DNA of 58,826 nucleotides, the filler included, from Dugesia japonica (Eukaryota), in the NCBI GenBank assembly GCA_001938525.1. It is 5 parts of 5 records of this genome, joined end to end, with 100 filler letters (N's around TTAATTAATTAA, not from the genome) between each part and the next. Parts side by side here need not be neighbours in the genome. Positions count along the whole stretch, not along the records: positions 12,055 to 25,499 come from MQRL01623684.1; positions 25,600 to 36,218 come from MQRL01172453.1; positions 36,319 to 47,417 come from MQRL01615445.1; 2 more parts are not named here. One strand, given 5' to 3'. Below, one piece after another: positions 24,093 to 36,699 of the stretch; position 1 is the stretch's first letter, and the number at the start of each line of letters is the position of its first letter. The notes under the pieces are model-generated. The model worked only from the letters and a program-made list of their open reading frames with translations. It was not told where the DNA came from and did not search any database. The translations under genes and the position numbers were made by a program.

Positions 24093-25097
24093 TTATTTAA
24101 TATGTAAAAGTTTCAACAAACTGTCCAACATTTCACGCCGAGTGATAAAAAATAGAACGGGATCTCCTAGTGCATGTAGAAAAAATAAATAATAAACCGA
24201 ATACGATGGAAAATTAATCCATTTTAAATTATACAATATAGCTGGTAAATATGAAATAATCATTAATAAATTCGCCAAAAAAAGTATTTTAACAAATTTG
24301 ATCGAACCGATTCTCCGATTAGTAGGTATAAATTTTAATTTTGTTAAAGTCGATTCTTTTCTCAATTCTAGTGTACCGGAATATTTTCTTAATTTTGAAA
24401 TTTCTGAATTCGATTTATTATCCAATTCTGTGACTTTTACTGATTTAAAATCTCTACTAGAAATAATCGAATCTTTGTGATGGAATATTTGCCTACGACA
24501 TAATAGTGTAAACAACACACAATAAATAAGGAAACTTAAGATCATTAAAAATGCACCGAATCTTCCAATGAACAGTTTTGCATATTTATCAATCAATTTT
24601 TGTTTATCGCATTCAATATAATGAATACTTAGAAAAATGAATCTTACCAAATAAAACAATCCAGTTAAAATAGAAAATACTTTGAAACCTTTGAAAACTC
24701 GATCGATCCTCCAGAAATTACTTAATGGCAGTAAAAATGCTAATAATCGATCGATTGCTATCAATACTAAAATGATCATTTGCGATGAAATTGCATAATC
24801 TCGAATTCCTAAATATCCATCAAGTAGAATCGAAGTATCTGTGTCTTTTGAGAATTTTTTGATTAAAATATTCGGTAGAATTAAAATAGAAATAATCAGA
24901 TCAAGAAAAATGAGAACTTGAAATAATTTATGAAATGATCTTTTCTCATTAATAAATTTGTCCTTTTTAATAACAACATAAAGTAAAATTGAATTCAATA
25001 AAACAGAAATCATAAACATTATTGTATAGATTGGAAAAAATCCATTATCGATATCTTTTTTCTCAATGTCATGATATCGACAAGATTCATTATACAT
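24093..25097 (-). CDS. Intronless rhodopsin-like (class A) GPCR, 334 aa, orphan
   Basis: Intact ORF with about 7 hydrophobic segments: TM1 LN, TM2 LIFLD, TM3 IAIDRL (DRY-like), TM6 SYLP, TM7 DPVLF (NPxxY-like). Confidence 0.85.
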   Translation of the reverse strand: MYNESCRYHDIEKKDIDNGFFPIYTIMFMISVLLNSILLYVVIKKDKFINEKRSFHKLFQVLIFLDLIISILILPNILIKKFSKDTDTSILLDGYLGIRDYAISSQMIILVLIAIDRLLAFLLPLSNFWRIDRVFKGFKVFSILTGLFYLVRFIFLSIHYIECDKQKLIDKYAKLFIGRFGAFLMILSFLIYCVLFTLLCRRQIFHHKDSIISSRDFKSVKVTELDNKSNSEISKLRKYSGTLELRKESTLTKLKFIPTNRRIGSIKFVKILFLANLLMIISYLPAILYNLKWINFPSYSVYYLFFLHALGDPVLFFITRREMLDSLLKLLHIK

Positions 25098-25369
25098 TCT
25101 GATTAATAATTAGGCATCCGGTTTGTGCTGTTTAAAATGAGAATTTATGACAAAGTTCAATAACACATAGACAGATTTGATTGTTTCGATTATTTTAATT
25201 GCATTTCTAAAATATATATGTAGGGAATAATAAAAAATGATTTTTCCAATTATAAAAAAATTTCTAATCTCGATTATGAAAGTCGTGTGATTAATTGAAA
25301 ACACGATTTTTTGACAACTAGATAAGCATTAATTTTAATAGTAATTAAGTTAGAAAATATTGTTTTAAC

Positions 25370-25425
25370 TATAATAATAATAATAGTATTAATACTATTA
25401 CAAACAAACTAATACTGATAATACC

Positions 25426-25466
<41 letters not shown>

Positions 25467-25498
25467 TAATAATAATAAATAATAATAATAATAATAAC
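25370..25498. repeat. (AAT)n microsatellite
   Basis: Directly visible. Similar tracts at 2930-3014 and 39670-39728. Confidence 0.9.
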
Positions 25499-25499
25499 A

Positions 25500-25599
25500 N
25501 NNNNNNNNNNNNNNNNNNNNNNNNNNNNNNNNNNNNNNNNNNNTTAATTAATTAANNNNNNNNNNNNNNNNNNNNNNNNNNNNNNNNNNNNNNNNNNNN
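25500..25599. other. Artificial assembly linker
   Basis: N-run, TTAATTAATTAA, N-run. Confidence 0.95.
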
Positions 25600-27485
25600 A
25601 CTTGGTACATTGTTTGTCTGGTTGGCATACTTTTTCAGTATGTCCTTTGTGGCTACATTTCTTGCATTTTACCTCACATGACGCTATCGTGTGGTCTCTT
25701 TATCCACATCTCGTGCAACCCTCCCCTCTAAAGATAGGTTCGATATCCGATTTTTTTACATTGTTTCTTTGTATGTTCTAATTTACCGCAAAATTTGCAT
25801 GGTTTTTCCAACATATGTTTCTTTGGGTGATCTGATTAACCACAATATTTGCATTGTCTATTTTTCCAGCAACTGGTTGCCAAATGCCCAAGTTAACCAC
25901 ATTCACTACACTTGTAGTTTTCTTTTTGTTTATGTATCGTGGGTTTCATTATTACTTCTTCCGTTTCATTCCAGGTTTTTAACAACAATTGCATTGCGAA
26001 TTTTTTCCTTCTTTCTTGTTCTCTGAATTTTGATAGCCTTGACTTAAGGACATTTTCTACTATTGCTTCTACCGATACTATTTTGTACTGAATTGGTTAT
26101 CACTTCCAACTATTTTAGTTGTAACGTTAATAGCCATAACAGCTCTTCCATCTGATCTGTAAGATTGTTATTTGATGATAGTTCTGACTCTTGATTTGAG
26201 TTTGTTATATAGCTTACTTGTTCTGGGTTATATTTTTGATTTATTTCGATTTCATGTGAATTTAGAGAGCCTGCTTCTGACGTCTGGCTTTTGGTTTTCA
26301 TTTTGCCCATTGTTTCTCTTTCATTTTTCCTCGTGGTCCTCACTTCTATGAAATCTTCTGGTTCTATAGCTTCTACGGTTTCCACCTGTAGCATATAGAG
26401 TTTAATTGAGTCGGTCACTGCATTTTTCTGTTCTATTTCCTTTTTGTGGTGAATTTGTGTTGTTTCTTTCTTAGACTTTTCCCGTTTATTGCTAGTTTTT
26501 TAATATGTGTCCTTTTTCGCCACATGAGTGGCATATTTTATCTGTTCAACAACTTTCTTCTATATGTCCCTTATTTTTACATATTTTGCACTTTTGCATT
26601 CTGATAACGATCCGCCGTTCTTGTTCTACGAGTTTTAGTATCCTTGTCACTAACACGGTTTTTTCTTCGGCTTCTTCAGGCATTAGATTTACCTTGTGAG
26701 TTATTTTTTAAATTCTTGTAGTTGCAGAGTTATCGTTAGTAGTAAGTCTTTAGATGCATTCAAGATTTCTTCTTTTTCAATGTTCTTTTCATACTTTGTT
26801 TTCTTGTTCATTGCCGATTTTGGTTCTTGCCACTTTGATACTATCTGTTCGTTAAATAATGTTATGCTTGGAGGCCTTCCTTCATGAAGCTTATCTTTAA
26901 TCGGTTTAGATGTCGGTTATTTCGTCCATCTTCTTTATTTTGAACAAATATATTGATTCCAGAATTTTTCCAGAGTCCCCTAATTATATTGGGTCCATGG
27001 ACTTGCTGTCAAAAAGTGTAGAACCGAAATATAATTCTTCCATTTTTTCGTCTGTCGGCTCCCTTGGTTCTTGGTTGTTATTTCCAATCAATCCTGCTAT
27101 ATAACACCAGCGATAATCTCCTGATATAATCAGTTTTCTCTTATTGCACAGCCATAAAACTTTTATTTTAAATGATTTTAGTTTTAAACCTAATAACATT
27201 TGATCTGGGTTATATACTAACTCTTCTAATAACACTTGGTGTACTTGACTAACCATTGGTTTGAAATTATGTAGAGCTCCGACGGGTTCCGCTGTTCTGG
27301 GTGAAATTAGTTGGTTATTTTTACTTATTACTTCGATGACCTCCTGTATTTTATTAACCCAATCTATTTCTGCTTCTAATTCGTTATTCATTCCTCTGGG
27401 TTTTATTTTCATAGTTTTTTTAGTTAGACAATTTTGATATTGGTCTTCCTGAATGTTTTGGTCTTTTTTTAGATTAGAGATTTCT
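25600..27485 (-). pseudogene. Degenerate gag/ORF1-like sequence with two clusters of zinc knuckles (retroelement of unclear family)
   Basis: CKICKNKGHIEESC..KICHSCGEKGH near 26500-26600 and CKKCSHKGHTEKVC near 25620-25670. Many stops. Confidence 0.55.
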
Positions 27486-27599
27486 TGTCCTTTCTCATGA
27501 CTCGTAATTACGTGTGACCCATATGCAATTACTCTTTCTTGCCCATTGTTGCTCTTTTGAAATAGTACTGCCTCAATCGTATCGAAAATCGCATCCGTG

Positions 27600-30500
27600 T
27601 CCAAATCGAAATTATCAGAAATTAGTAAATAATACAGTGAATAGACATGTAGAGCAAAGAAAAGAAAAACAAAATATCGAATGTTGGTCATGTCATAAGA
27701 TCGGTCATACTAAAGCAAATTGTTCGATTAAACAAGTGGTAGAGTGTTAGACTTGTCATAAAACAGGACATATAAGTCTAGATTGTCCAAATAAAAAATC
27801 AACAAAATGTTTTGGACGTGGAAAGGTTGGTCATATTAGAAGGTTATTTCACGAAGTGAGGTGTAAACGATGTGGTAATGGTGGACATAGTGCTACACAA
27901 ATTTAAAAATGAAAAGAAAAGGTGAGAAATTAATGACTGCAGAAAGATCAAGAAACCGATATAATTAAGTACATGCGATTGCAGATGAAGACGTTAGTAC
28001 AAACGATAGATATGAAGAAGTATATGCAAGTGATTTTGAAAGGCAGCACTCGAAAGGCCAGGCTCTTCAGTAGAGGAGTTTGTTGGAGCCATCCATTGCT
28101 CAATGAAGTTAGTAATTATCCTCAAGAAGTCAAAAAGTGGGATGATATAGGAAAGGTTTTGTGGATGATAGAAAAGTAGAATGGGTTGGAACNGTTGAAG
28201 CAGAAAAGAAAACAAAAATTTTGTACCATAAATTGCAAGGCAGACCAAGTGTTTCAGTATCAATTCAAGGAAAATAATGTAAAATGTCTATTAGGTGCAG
28301 GGGCTTGAATTAACGTGATGAGTTTGAGTTGTTTTAATGAATTACGAGAAGTAAGTTTAGAAATGAGTGATGAAATATTGCGTGGTTCAAATAATAGTAC
28401 ACTTGAAATTGTTGGGAAAGTTAGAACCGGAGTGATAATTGATGAAGTTTGCAAAGAGATTACTTTCTTAGTTTCTGAAAGAGTAACACCAGATCTGATA
28501 GGAGGAATAGATATGCAGAAGATTTTTTAATACCAGCTCATGCGAAATTTCAATAGCAAAACGGATGAAAAAGGTGAAAATTACATTAGGAATATTGAAG
28601 CTAAATGCGGTAGACAAATTAAAAAAAGAGAGCGAATAAATATTTTGAAGATTAAAGAGGATCAACGGTTATTGAAAATAGTTGAAAGTAAAAAAGATGA
28701 TTTTATGGCAGATAAATGGGATGTAGGACGCACACATCTGATAAGACACAAAAAAATCACAATTGGTGAATCAATTAATGTAAAACCGCATAGACAACCA
28801 ATGAACTTAGAATCTAAAATTAAAGAAGCTATCCAAAACCTTTTCGAGAATAATATTATCTAAAAATGCAACTCTCAATTGAATACCTCACTGATCAGTT
28901 TTGTTGAAAAAAGAAAGGAAAGATATAAGAATATGTTTGAATTTCAGACAATTAAATGCAGTAACGAAAAGACAAGCCTTTCTGATGTCTTATGTCGATG
29001 AAATGCTGGAAAAGTTAGAAGGAGTCAAATATTTCAGTTCAATAGATTTAGGAAATGCATACTATTAGGTAGAGCTTGAGGAAGAATTTCAAGAAAAAAC
29101 GGCATTTTTAATAGAATGCCATTTGGCATCGCAGTGGCACCAGGGATATTTTAAGAGATGATGAAAAAAGTGGTAGGCGGAATCAATGTAGTCATGGTTT
29201 ATCTTGATGGCATACTGATATTTACAAACAATAAAGATCAACACTATAAAATAATCAAAAGAGTATTGACGGATTTAATGTAAGCTGGTCTAAGAATTAA
29301 TCCAAAAAAGTGTCAGATTCGTCAAAGCGAAATCAAGTTTCTTTGACAGATAATTAGCAAAGATAGTGTCAGAACTGATCCGTCTAAAATAGAAGCTATA
29401 AAATACATTTGCAAACCTATCTATGTGAAGAAGTTATGAAGTTTCTTAGGAATATGTAATTATTACAGAAGGTTTATAGAAAACTTCGCAAGAAAATCAA
29501 AGATCTTAGACCAGTTGTGTAGCGGGCCAAGCAACAAAAAATTAGAATGGACAGATGAAATAAACGATACTTTTGAGGGTCTGAAAAAATATCTAATGAC
29601 TGCATCAATATTGTGTTTTCCAGACATAGACAAAGCATTTATATTAGATACAGATGCCAGTTTTCATACGATTGGAGCAGTATTGTCACAGAGAAATAAG
29701 AAAGGAAGAGAAAGAGTTGTTGCCTATGAATCACACTCAATGACGGGTCATAAAAAGGATATTCTATCACACGAAAGCAATTATTGGTTGTTTATTATTT
29801 CTGCATTAAGTTCAGACACCATTTGTACGGTAGAAAATTTACTCTTAGAACAACCTTAAATCATGAAGCTCTAATCTTTATGATGATGACGAAGAAACCA
29901 ATTACATCGCAATTTCAGATATGGATTAATCATCTGAGTAGTTTAGACATGGNNNNNNNNNNNNNNNNNNNNNNNNNACATGCTAATGCAAATATGTTAT
30001 CTAGACCAAGATGCAAGGTATGTGTACAATGTCAAATGTCACATGAAGATGCCAAAAAAGGAAATATTAAAACGAGAATATTAAACATGATTGAAAAGAA
30101 AAAAGAAGAGCAATTAAACATTTCTGAGTACACAGATTTAATCAAGAAAATAAAAATTTCGGAGCACAAAATACACAAAACATTTGAAGAAATACATAAA
30201 TTATTTTGTCATGTACAAGTTGTGAATGTGTACGAATACATGAGATACAAACACATTGCAAAGAATTTGTGGAGTTCAATACAGAAAATAGTTCGAAGTT
30301 GTGAAATTTGTCAGAAGATCAAGGTAGTGATGACAGCAACTAAAGAAAAGACAAAGAGATTAGAAGCTACAAATTTGTTTGAATTTATATTCACAGATAT
30401 ATGTAGGCCAATGCGGGAAACAAATGGACGAAAAAATACATTATTGGAATAATCGACCAGTACAGTATATACCTGGTTTTTATACTACTATCTGGTTCTT

Positions 30501-31283
30501 GCCTAGACAAAACGAGGAAACAATACGAAATGCAATTTTCGAAAAATGGATATTGAGATTTGTATATCCAAGAGAAAAAAGACTTGATTGTGGAAAAGCT
30601 TTTGAATCCAAAGTTATGAGAGAGTTTGCACTGAAGTTAGCTACTAAACTTTGCTTTTCGAGTCCCTGTCATTAAATGCAAACAGACAGTTCAAGACAAT
30701 TCGAGATTTGATTAATACAACAGGAAAGAAAGACAACAGATTGGGCAGATCTTTTACCGGAAATAGAATTTAGAATGAAATCAACAAAGCAAAATACGAC
30801 TGGAGTGAGCCCTGCTGAGATCGTATTTGGAAAGGAGATTAGCAGAGTATGAGTCAGATGTTTCCGGTAAAACTAAAGAAAACACTTCAGATGAGAATAC
30901 AAATAGAGAATTCAAAGTGGGCGATTTTGTACTCATTAAGATAAAAACAAGAAATAAAAGTCAAAACAGATTTGAAGGATCTTATCGAATAATTGAGAGA
31001 ATTCAAGAAAGACGGTATGCGGTACAAGGAGAAAATGGGCAGCTATTAGAAAGAAATTGGGAAAAAACTTAGGAAGTTTCTAAAGAAAGGAAATATGAGG
31101 AAATAATTACTTTTTTAATATTTTTAGCCAATAGAAATTGAGTTAAATCAGTACTAAGTTTCAATCAGTTCTTTTCAATGATAATTATTTATAAATAGCA
31201 GAGTGTAGAAGTAAAATTAATGATATCTCAAAATATTAGTTCTGATTTGGAAAATGAATTACCAATTGAAGATTTAGCTAACA
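27600..31283 (+). mobile_element. 5'-truncated Ty3/Gypsy element: gag knuckles, protease, RT, RNase H, integrase, PPT and 3' LTR (31094-31283)
   Basis: CWSCHKIGHTKANC, FILDTDASFHTIGAVLSQ, HKLFCH..CEIC, FEFIFTDI, WILRF..P...DCGKAFES, FKVGDFVLIK..RFEGSY. PPT aaagaaaggaaa at 31082-31093; LTR ends CTAACA. Confidence 0.92.
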
Positions 31284-31297
31284 ATAATATTAATAAT

Positions 31298-34200
31298 TAT
31301 AAGATAGTTTTTAAAAAACTGATTTAAATTTTTATTATTTTTTTATTTAAATTTTTATTATTATTTATTAAAAAAATCAAAAGTATATTTCAAATTGTAT
31401 AGAGAAAATAATTTATAACATAAATTACTAAAATTTAAGTATTTTTAAAATATAAAATTAAATGAATAAAAAGCGTTTATTGTAGTGAATTTTTTTTAAA
31501 TCAAAATATATTTTATGTAGAATAAAATATAAAATTAAATGTAGAATTTTCCGTTTTTTTAAATATGAATTTTTAAATTTGTTTGTTTAAACAAGTAATG
31601 ATGTTATAGTTTTTATTTTAAAATAGTTATGGAGTTGAACTCTGATGTTAATTATTCGATGAGTTTTCCAAACTCACCTTACATGGTGGCAGCGGTAAAC
31701 GCCGATGCAATCACAGAAAGATTGTTGCCAAAAATATTTTGTAGAGGCGATGATCTAGAAAAGTTTATTAAACGGTGTGAAATATACTTTGAGGCAAAGA
31801 ACACCGTTGTTAAGAAAGATTAGGAACGTTGGGTAACATGTATGCTTCACGAAAATTTAATGTAAGCATATGTGAAAACATTGAAGAAAGCTGATGGATA
31901 TCGAGATAGATTGCGATTAGCTTTTGAGAGCAAGGGAAACATAATAAAAGATTTACAGAATCTTGTAATCTATCAACGTTGTGATGAAAAACCTGAGGTG
32001 TTTTTTAAAAAGTGGAAGTTTTGATCGATAAATCTTTAGCAAATGGATGCTGACGAAAGAAAAACTCTTATGAAAAATGCTAATAATTTTTGCAAATAGT
32101 AAAAACGCAGATGAAAAGATTATTATGCGAAAATTGGAGAAAGTAGAAGATATAATAGAAACGTTATCATTAGTTGAATAAATAGAAAGAAGAGAACCTA
32201 TTAGCGTAGTAAAGAGATACGCTGGTGTACCACGTGGAGAACGTTTCGGAGAAAAGAGACAAAATATTGAAAGAGTTACAAAAAGAACAGAACTACAGTG
32301 TTGCAAATGACAGACTTATGAGCATACAAAAAGAGAGTGTCCAAAATATTCTAATGCGGAATATTCTACTTGTCACAAGAAAGGGCATTCAAGTAGGAAT
32401 TTCCCAGACAAGAAACCATCAAAATGTTTTTGGTGTGATAAGATTGGTCATATCAAAAGGATGTGCACAGAAATCGTATGTGCTAGATGTAAAAGACTGG
32501 GTCACAGAGTAGATGAATGTTAATCGAACATTAATAAACCTTGACTAGAAGAGAGAAAATACAATTTTAAAAGCAGACAACAAACAAAAGATTAGAGTAG
32601 GACAAACCAATTTATGCCATGCGGAAGAATTTGATAATGAGAATGAAGAGAGGTTTTCTGAGAGCTTAATAGAAAATGAAGATCCAAGAAGAGAATACCA
32701 AAGGGTATTCTCTGCTCCATCAGCAGAGGAGTTGGTCGGAGCCATTCATTAAACAAGTTAACGTTTGAATATCCTCAAGAGGCTAAGAATGATCAAGGGT
32801 AAACAGTTTGATTGTTTGATAGATAAAGAAGCAATAATTATGTGATGAGCTTGAAAGGATTTAATAAACTTCGAGAAACAATGTTGGATAAAAGCGAGGA
32901 ACAATTGCATGGCGCGAATAACAGCTCATTATAGACAATTGGAAAGATACGTGTCGAAGTTGTAGTCTCAGAGGTCTGCAAGGAAATAACATTTATAATA
33001 GTAGAAAAATTAATACTAGATCTAATTGGTGGAGTGTAATTCCAGAATACATTTGGGTATCATCTCCAAAAAGCGTGCAGGATAAACATCAATAATTATT
33101 TAGAAAAATTTGTTTACTACATCAAGGCCAAATTTGGAAGACAGATACAGACGGGTGAGCAATTGAGACATGCAATGGAGATTCTAGAAATTAACAAAGA
33201 TCAAAGATTGACTGCGATAATTTCGAATAATATGGATGTATTTATGGCGGATAAATGAAACATTGGAGGTGCATACTTAACAAAGCATCGAATGATCACT
33301 AAATGAGGTCCAATCAACACAAAACCGCATCGCTAACCGATGAATATAATGGAAAAGATTGAAAATGCCATCAAGAATATATATAATAACGTTATCATCC
33401 GGAAGTGTAATTCGCAATGGATTACGCCATTAATCCATTTGGAAAAAGGAAACAAATGATATACAATTATGCTTACACTTTAGACAGCTCAATGCAATAA
33501 CAGAAAGACAAGCTTTTCCTACGTCAAATATTGACGAAATGCTGGATGCTTCAAAAGGTGCGCAGTAATTTAGTTCAATAAACTTGGGAAATACATACTA
33601 CCAAGTGGAACTCAGTGAAGATTCTGAAGAAAAGACGGCTTTTTTGACAAACCAAGGACAATTTTTGTTTTAATAGAATGTCATTTGAAATTACAGCAGC
33701 ACCAGGTACGTTCTAGGAAATGATGAATAAAGTAATCGGAAAAATATAAGGAGCAATGGTTTATCTAGATAATATTCTCATATTTAGCAGAACAAAAGAG
33801 CAACACTACGAAATAATCAATAGAGTATTAACAGAAATTAAAAAGGCTGGTTTAAGAGTTAATCTGGAGAAATGTCAGTTCATGCGAAAGGAGATCAAAT
33901 ATTTGGGGCACGTTATCAGTAAAGAATAAGTCAAAACAGATTCAACTAAAATTTAAGAAATTAAGAACTTTAGTAAGCCAAAATGAGTTAAGAAAATGAG
34001 ACGTTTTTTTAAGAATTTGCAATTACTATTGCAAGTTTATTAAAGGTTATTCAAAAAAAGCTAGATTGCTGGAACAACCGCGTAATGGGCCAAGTAACAA
34101 GAAAATTGAATGGGCGAAGGAATTAATAGACGTTTTGTATGGAATGAAAGAAGTACTAATAATGTCTGCAATATTATGTTTTCTAGTTATAAATAGAAGA

Positions 34201-35867
34201 TTTATTTTGGACACGGGTGCGAGTTTCGATACGATTGGCAACTATCTCAAAAGGGCAACAATGGGCAAGAAAGAGTAATTCCTTATGGGTCACACTCAAT
34301 GACGAGTCATGAGAAAGGACATTGTACTACTAGGAAAGAATTGCTCGCAATTTACTACTTTTGTATTCATTTCATACATTACTTATATGGGAAGAGATTT
34401 ATTCTTAGAACCGACCATAAACCTATCACTTTTATGCTAAATACCAAGAAGCTGATTACATCAAAGTTTCAAATCTGGACTAATTATTTGAGCAGTTTAG
34501 ATATAAAATTATAATATAGAAAAGGATCGCTTCATATAAATGCGGATATGTTGTCAAAGAATGAATGTGGTACATATGCACAATGTATAATGTCACATTA
34601 AGATCCCAAAAGTGGAAAATTAAAAACAAGGATGTTAAATACAGTAGATATTCAAGAAAAACAAGGTAATTTTTGTAAGAATAGGAAGGAAAATGGTTAC
34701 GTGATGATAAAGTACAAGAGGCTATAATGAGGAGACACCATCTTTTATGTCATGCTGGAGCAGAAAAGGTAGCAGCGTATATTAAGCATAAATATAACGC
34801 GAAACGTTTGTGGAGCAAAGTACAAGAGGTTGTCCGAAGTTTAAAACATGCTAGAAAGCTAATGTGTTGACAAAAAAACGAAAGAAGAAACGAAAAAGAC
34901 GCACACAGTCGAAATATTTAAACTGTTATTTATAGATGTGTGTATACCACTGCCAAAGACAAGTGATCGAAAAAAATATATTCTCAGTATAATATCGAAT
35001 GCAGTTAGTATGTAGCCTTGATAACAATGATAAGATAGGATGAAGATTCCATAAGGAAAGCAATGTTGCAGAAGTGGATATTAGAGTTCGGGTGTCCAAG
35101 AGAAATTTGAATTGATTGTAGACGAAAATTTGGTCTAAATCAGTAAACTAATACTCTAAGGTTTTTGAGTTCATATTATCATAACACAAATGGGCAAATC
35201 AAAAGGCAGTTTAGAACTATGCGGGATATGATTAATGCAACACTTAAAGAAAGGAATAGTTTAGACTGGGTGGATGTATTGCTAGAGATAGAATTTATCT
35301 TAAACGCTACAAAACAGGAAACTATCAAAAAAAGCCCAGTTGAAATCGTATTTGGGAGGAGAAACAGCAGAGAAAAATGGTATGAAACAAATACTAAAAA
35401 AAGAGGAAATATGAACCAAAAGACAATTCGAGGTCGGTGATGAGGTCTTAGTGGAAGCTAAAACAAGAACCAAGATCGTTATGAAGGACCCAATAAGATC
35501 AAAAGGAAAGTTCACGACAGACATTACATTCTGGAAGATATAAACGGAAAAAGTCTTGAAAAAAACGTAGAGAAGATCATAGAATTTCTTAGAAAGTAGG
35601 ATATAAGATAAATAAATAATTATAGGATAGTTTTTTAAAAAAGATATTAAAACCTTTTATTTTTGAAAACGGAATTTATTAAAATCAAAAGTATATATTT
35701 AAAATTGTATCAAGAAAATAATTTATAACATAAATTTCTAAAATTTAAAGATTTTTAAAATATGAAATTAAATGAATAAAATGTGTTTTTTTGTAGTGAT
35801 TTTTTTATAATCAAATTATTTTTTATATAGAATAAAATATAAAATTAAATATTTAGTATTTTCCGTT
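31298..35867 (+). mobile_element. Near full-length degenerate Ty3/Gypsy element with both LTRs (31298-31683; 35602-35867 truncated)
   Basis: Both LTRs start TATAAGATA and share about 250 bp. 5' LTR ends CCTTACA, followed by PBS, gag, protease, RT (VYLDNI), RNase H (FILDTGAS, KELLAI, LRTDHK), integrase and PPT agaaagtagga at 35591-35601. Confidence 0.92.
31684..31696 (+). promoter_or_regulatory. Primer-binding site complementary to the 3' end of tRNA-Leu (AAG/TAG type)
   Basis: TGGTGGCAGCGGT is the reverse complement of the animal tRNA-Leu 3' end ACCGCTGCCA-CCA and lies directly after the LTR-terminal CA. Confidence 0.85.
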
Positions 35868-36218
35868 AGTAGGTAGATATGAGCGCACCAAACCGGGGCC
35901 CCTCGAGGGGGTAACCCCCCCCATTTTTTGCCCGCCCCTTTTATCTTTTGGACTCCGCCCCTTTTTATCTTTTCCCCCGCCCACTTTTTATCTTTTTCTC
36001 CGTCCACTTTTTATCCTTTTCTCCGCCCAATTTTTGGCCACGCCCACTTTTTTATCTTTTTCTCCGCGCACTTTTTTTGGCCACGTCCACTTTTTATCTT
36101 TTTCTCCGCCCACTCTTTATCCTTTTCTCCGCCCTCTTTTTCTTAGCCCACTTTTTTTGGTCACGCCCACTTTTTTTTTGCCCGCCTACTTTTTGATGAC
36201 TCATATTTTTTTTCAAAA
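35868..36218 (+). mobile_element. Probable Polinton/Maverick terminus with C-rich tandem array
   Basis: Abruptly interrupts the Gypsy 3' LTR with AGTAGGTAGATATGAG, then GC-rich DNA and about 12 c(a/c)cgcccactttttt modules. A related start occurs at 47374. Confidence 0.55.
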
Positions 36219-36318
36219 NNNNNNNNNNNNNNNNNNNNNNNNNNNNNNNNNNNNNNNNNNNNTTAATTAATTAANNNNNNNNNNNNNNNNNNNNNNNNNN
36301 NNNNNNNNNNNNNNNNNN
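36219..36318. other. Artificial assembly linker
   Basis: N-run, TTAATTAATTAA, N-run. Confidence 0.95.
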
Positions 36319-36699
36319 ATTACAATTCTGAATCTATCATCAGTGGAACAACGAGACCTAATACATTAAAGTTACAGAAAACCGAAAGTAAAAACAGGCG
36401 CTACCCAATTCGAGAGCGAAAAGTAAATCCTAAATACAAACACTAAATTCAAGAGGGTGATGTAGAAATATACGTTGTTTAGTCGAAATAATATGTAATC
36501 GGCAGATTTTTAAAACATATTTTGTATATTGAGTTTCTTTTAGTTATAAAACAACAAAAAGCAATTCCAGAAACATTTGCCTGTTTCAGCTGGTCTGTTG
36601 TTGGTAAATAATTTTACCAACAAGACTATATACAGACAGTTTATTGGAAATTATTGTATATTAAATTTTCTCAAAGCTGTAGAAGAAATAAGTAATTAT

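Noticed and set aside
26660-26690. CTGAAGAAG on the minus strand as a third hammerhead
   Set aside because: No stem II closing onto GAAA and no stem I; it lies within coding-like sequence.
26984-27691. 235-aa ORF as a real gene
   Set aside because: It is a chimera of antisense gag of the neighbouring element, an inverted RNase H scrap (about 27490-27605) and the separate gag-like remnant. Its EPVGALH resemblance to the gag ends is probably coincidental.
35816-36270. Phe/Pro-rich ORFs
   Set aside because: Translations of the ccgcccacttttt array.
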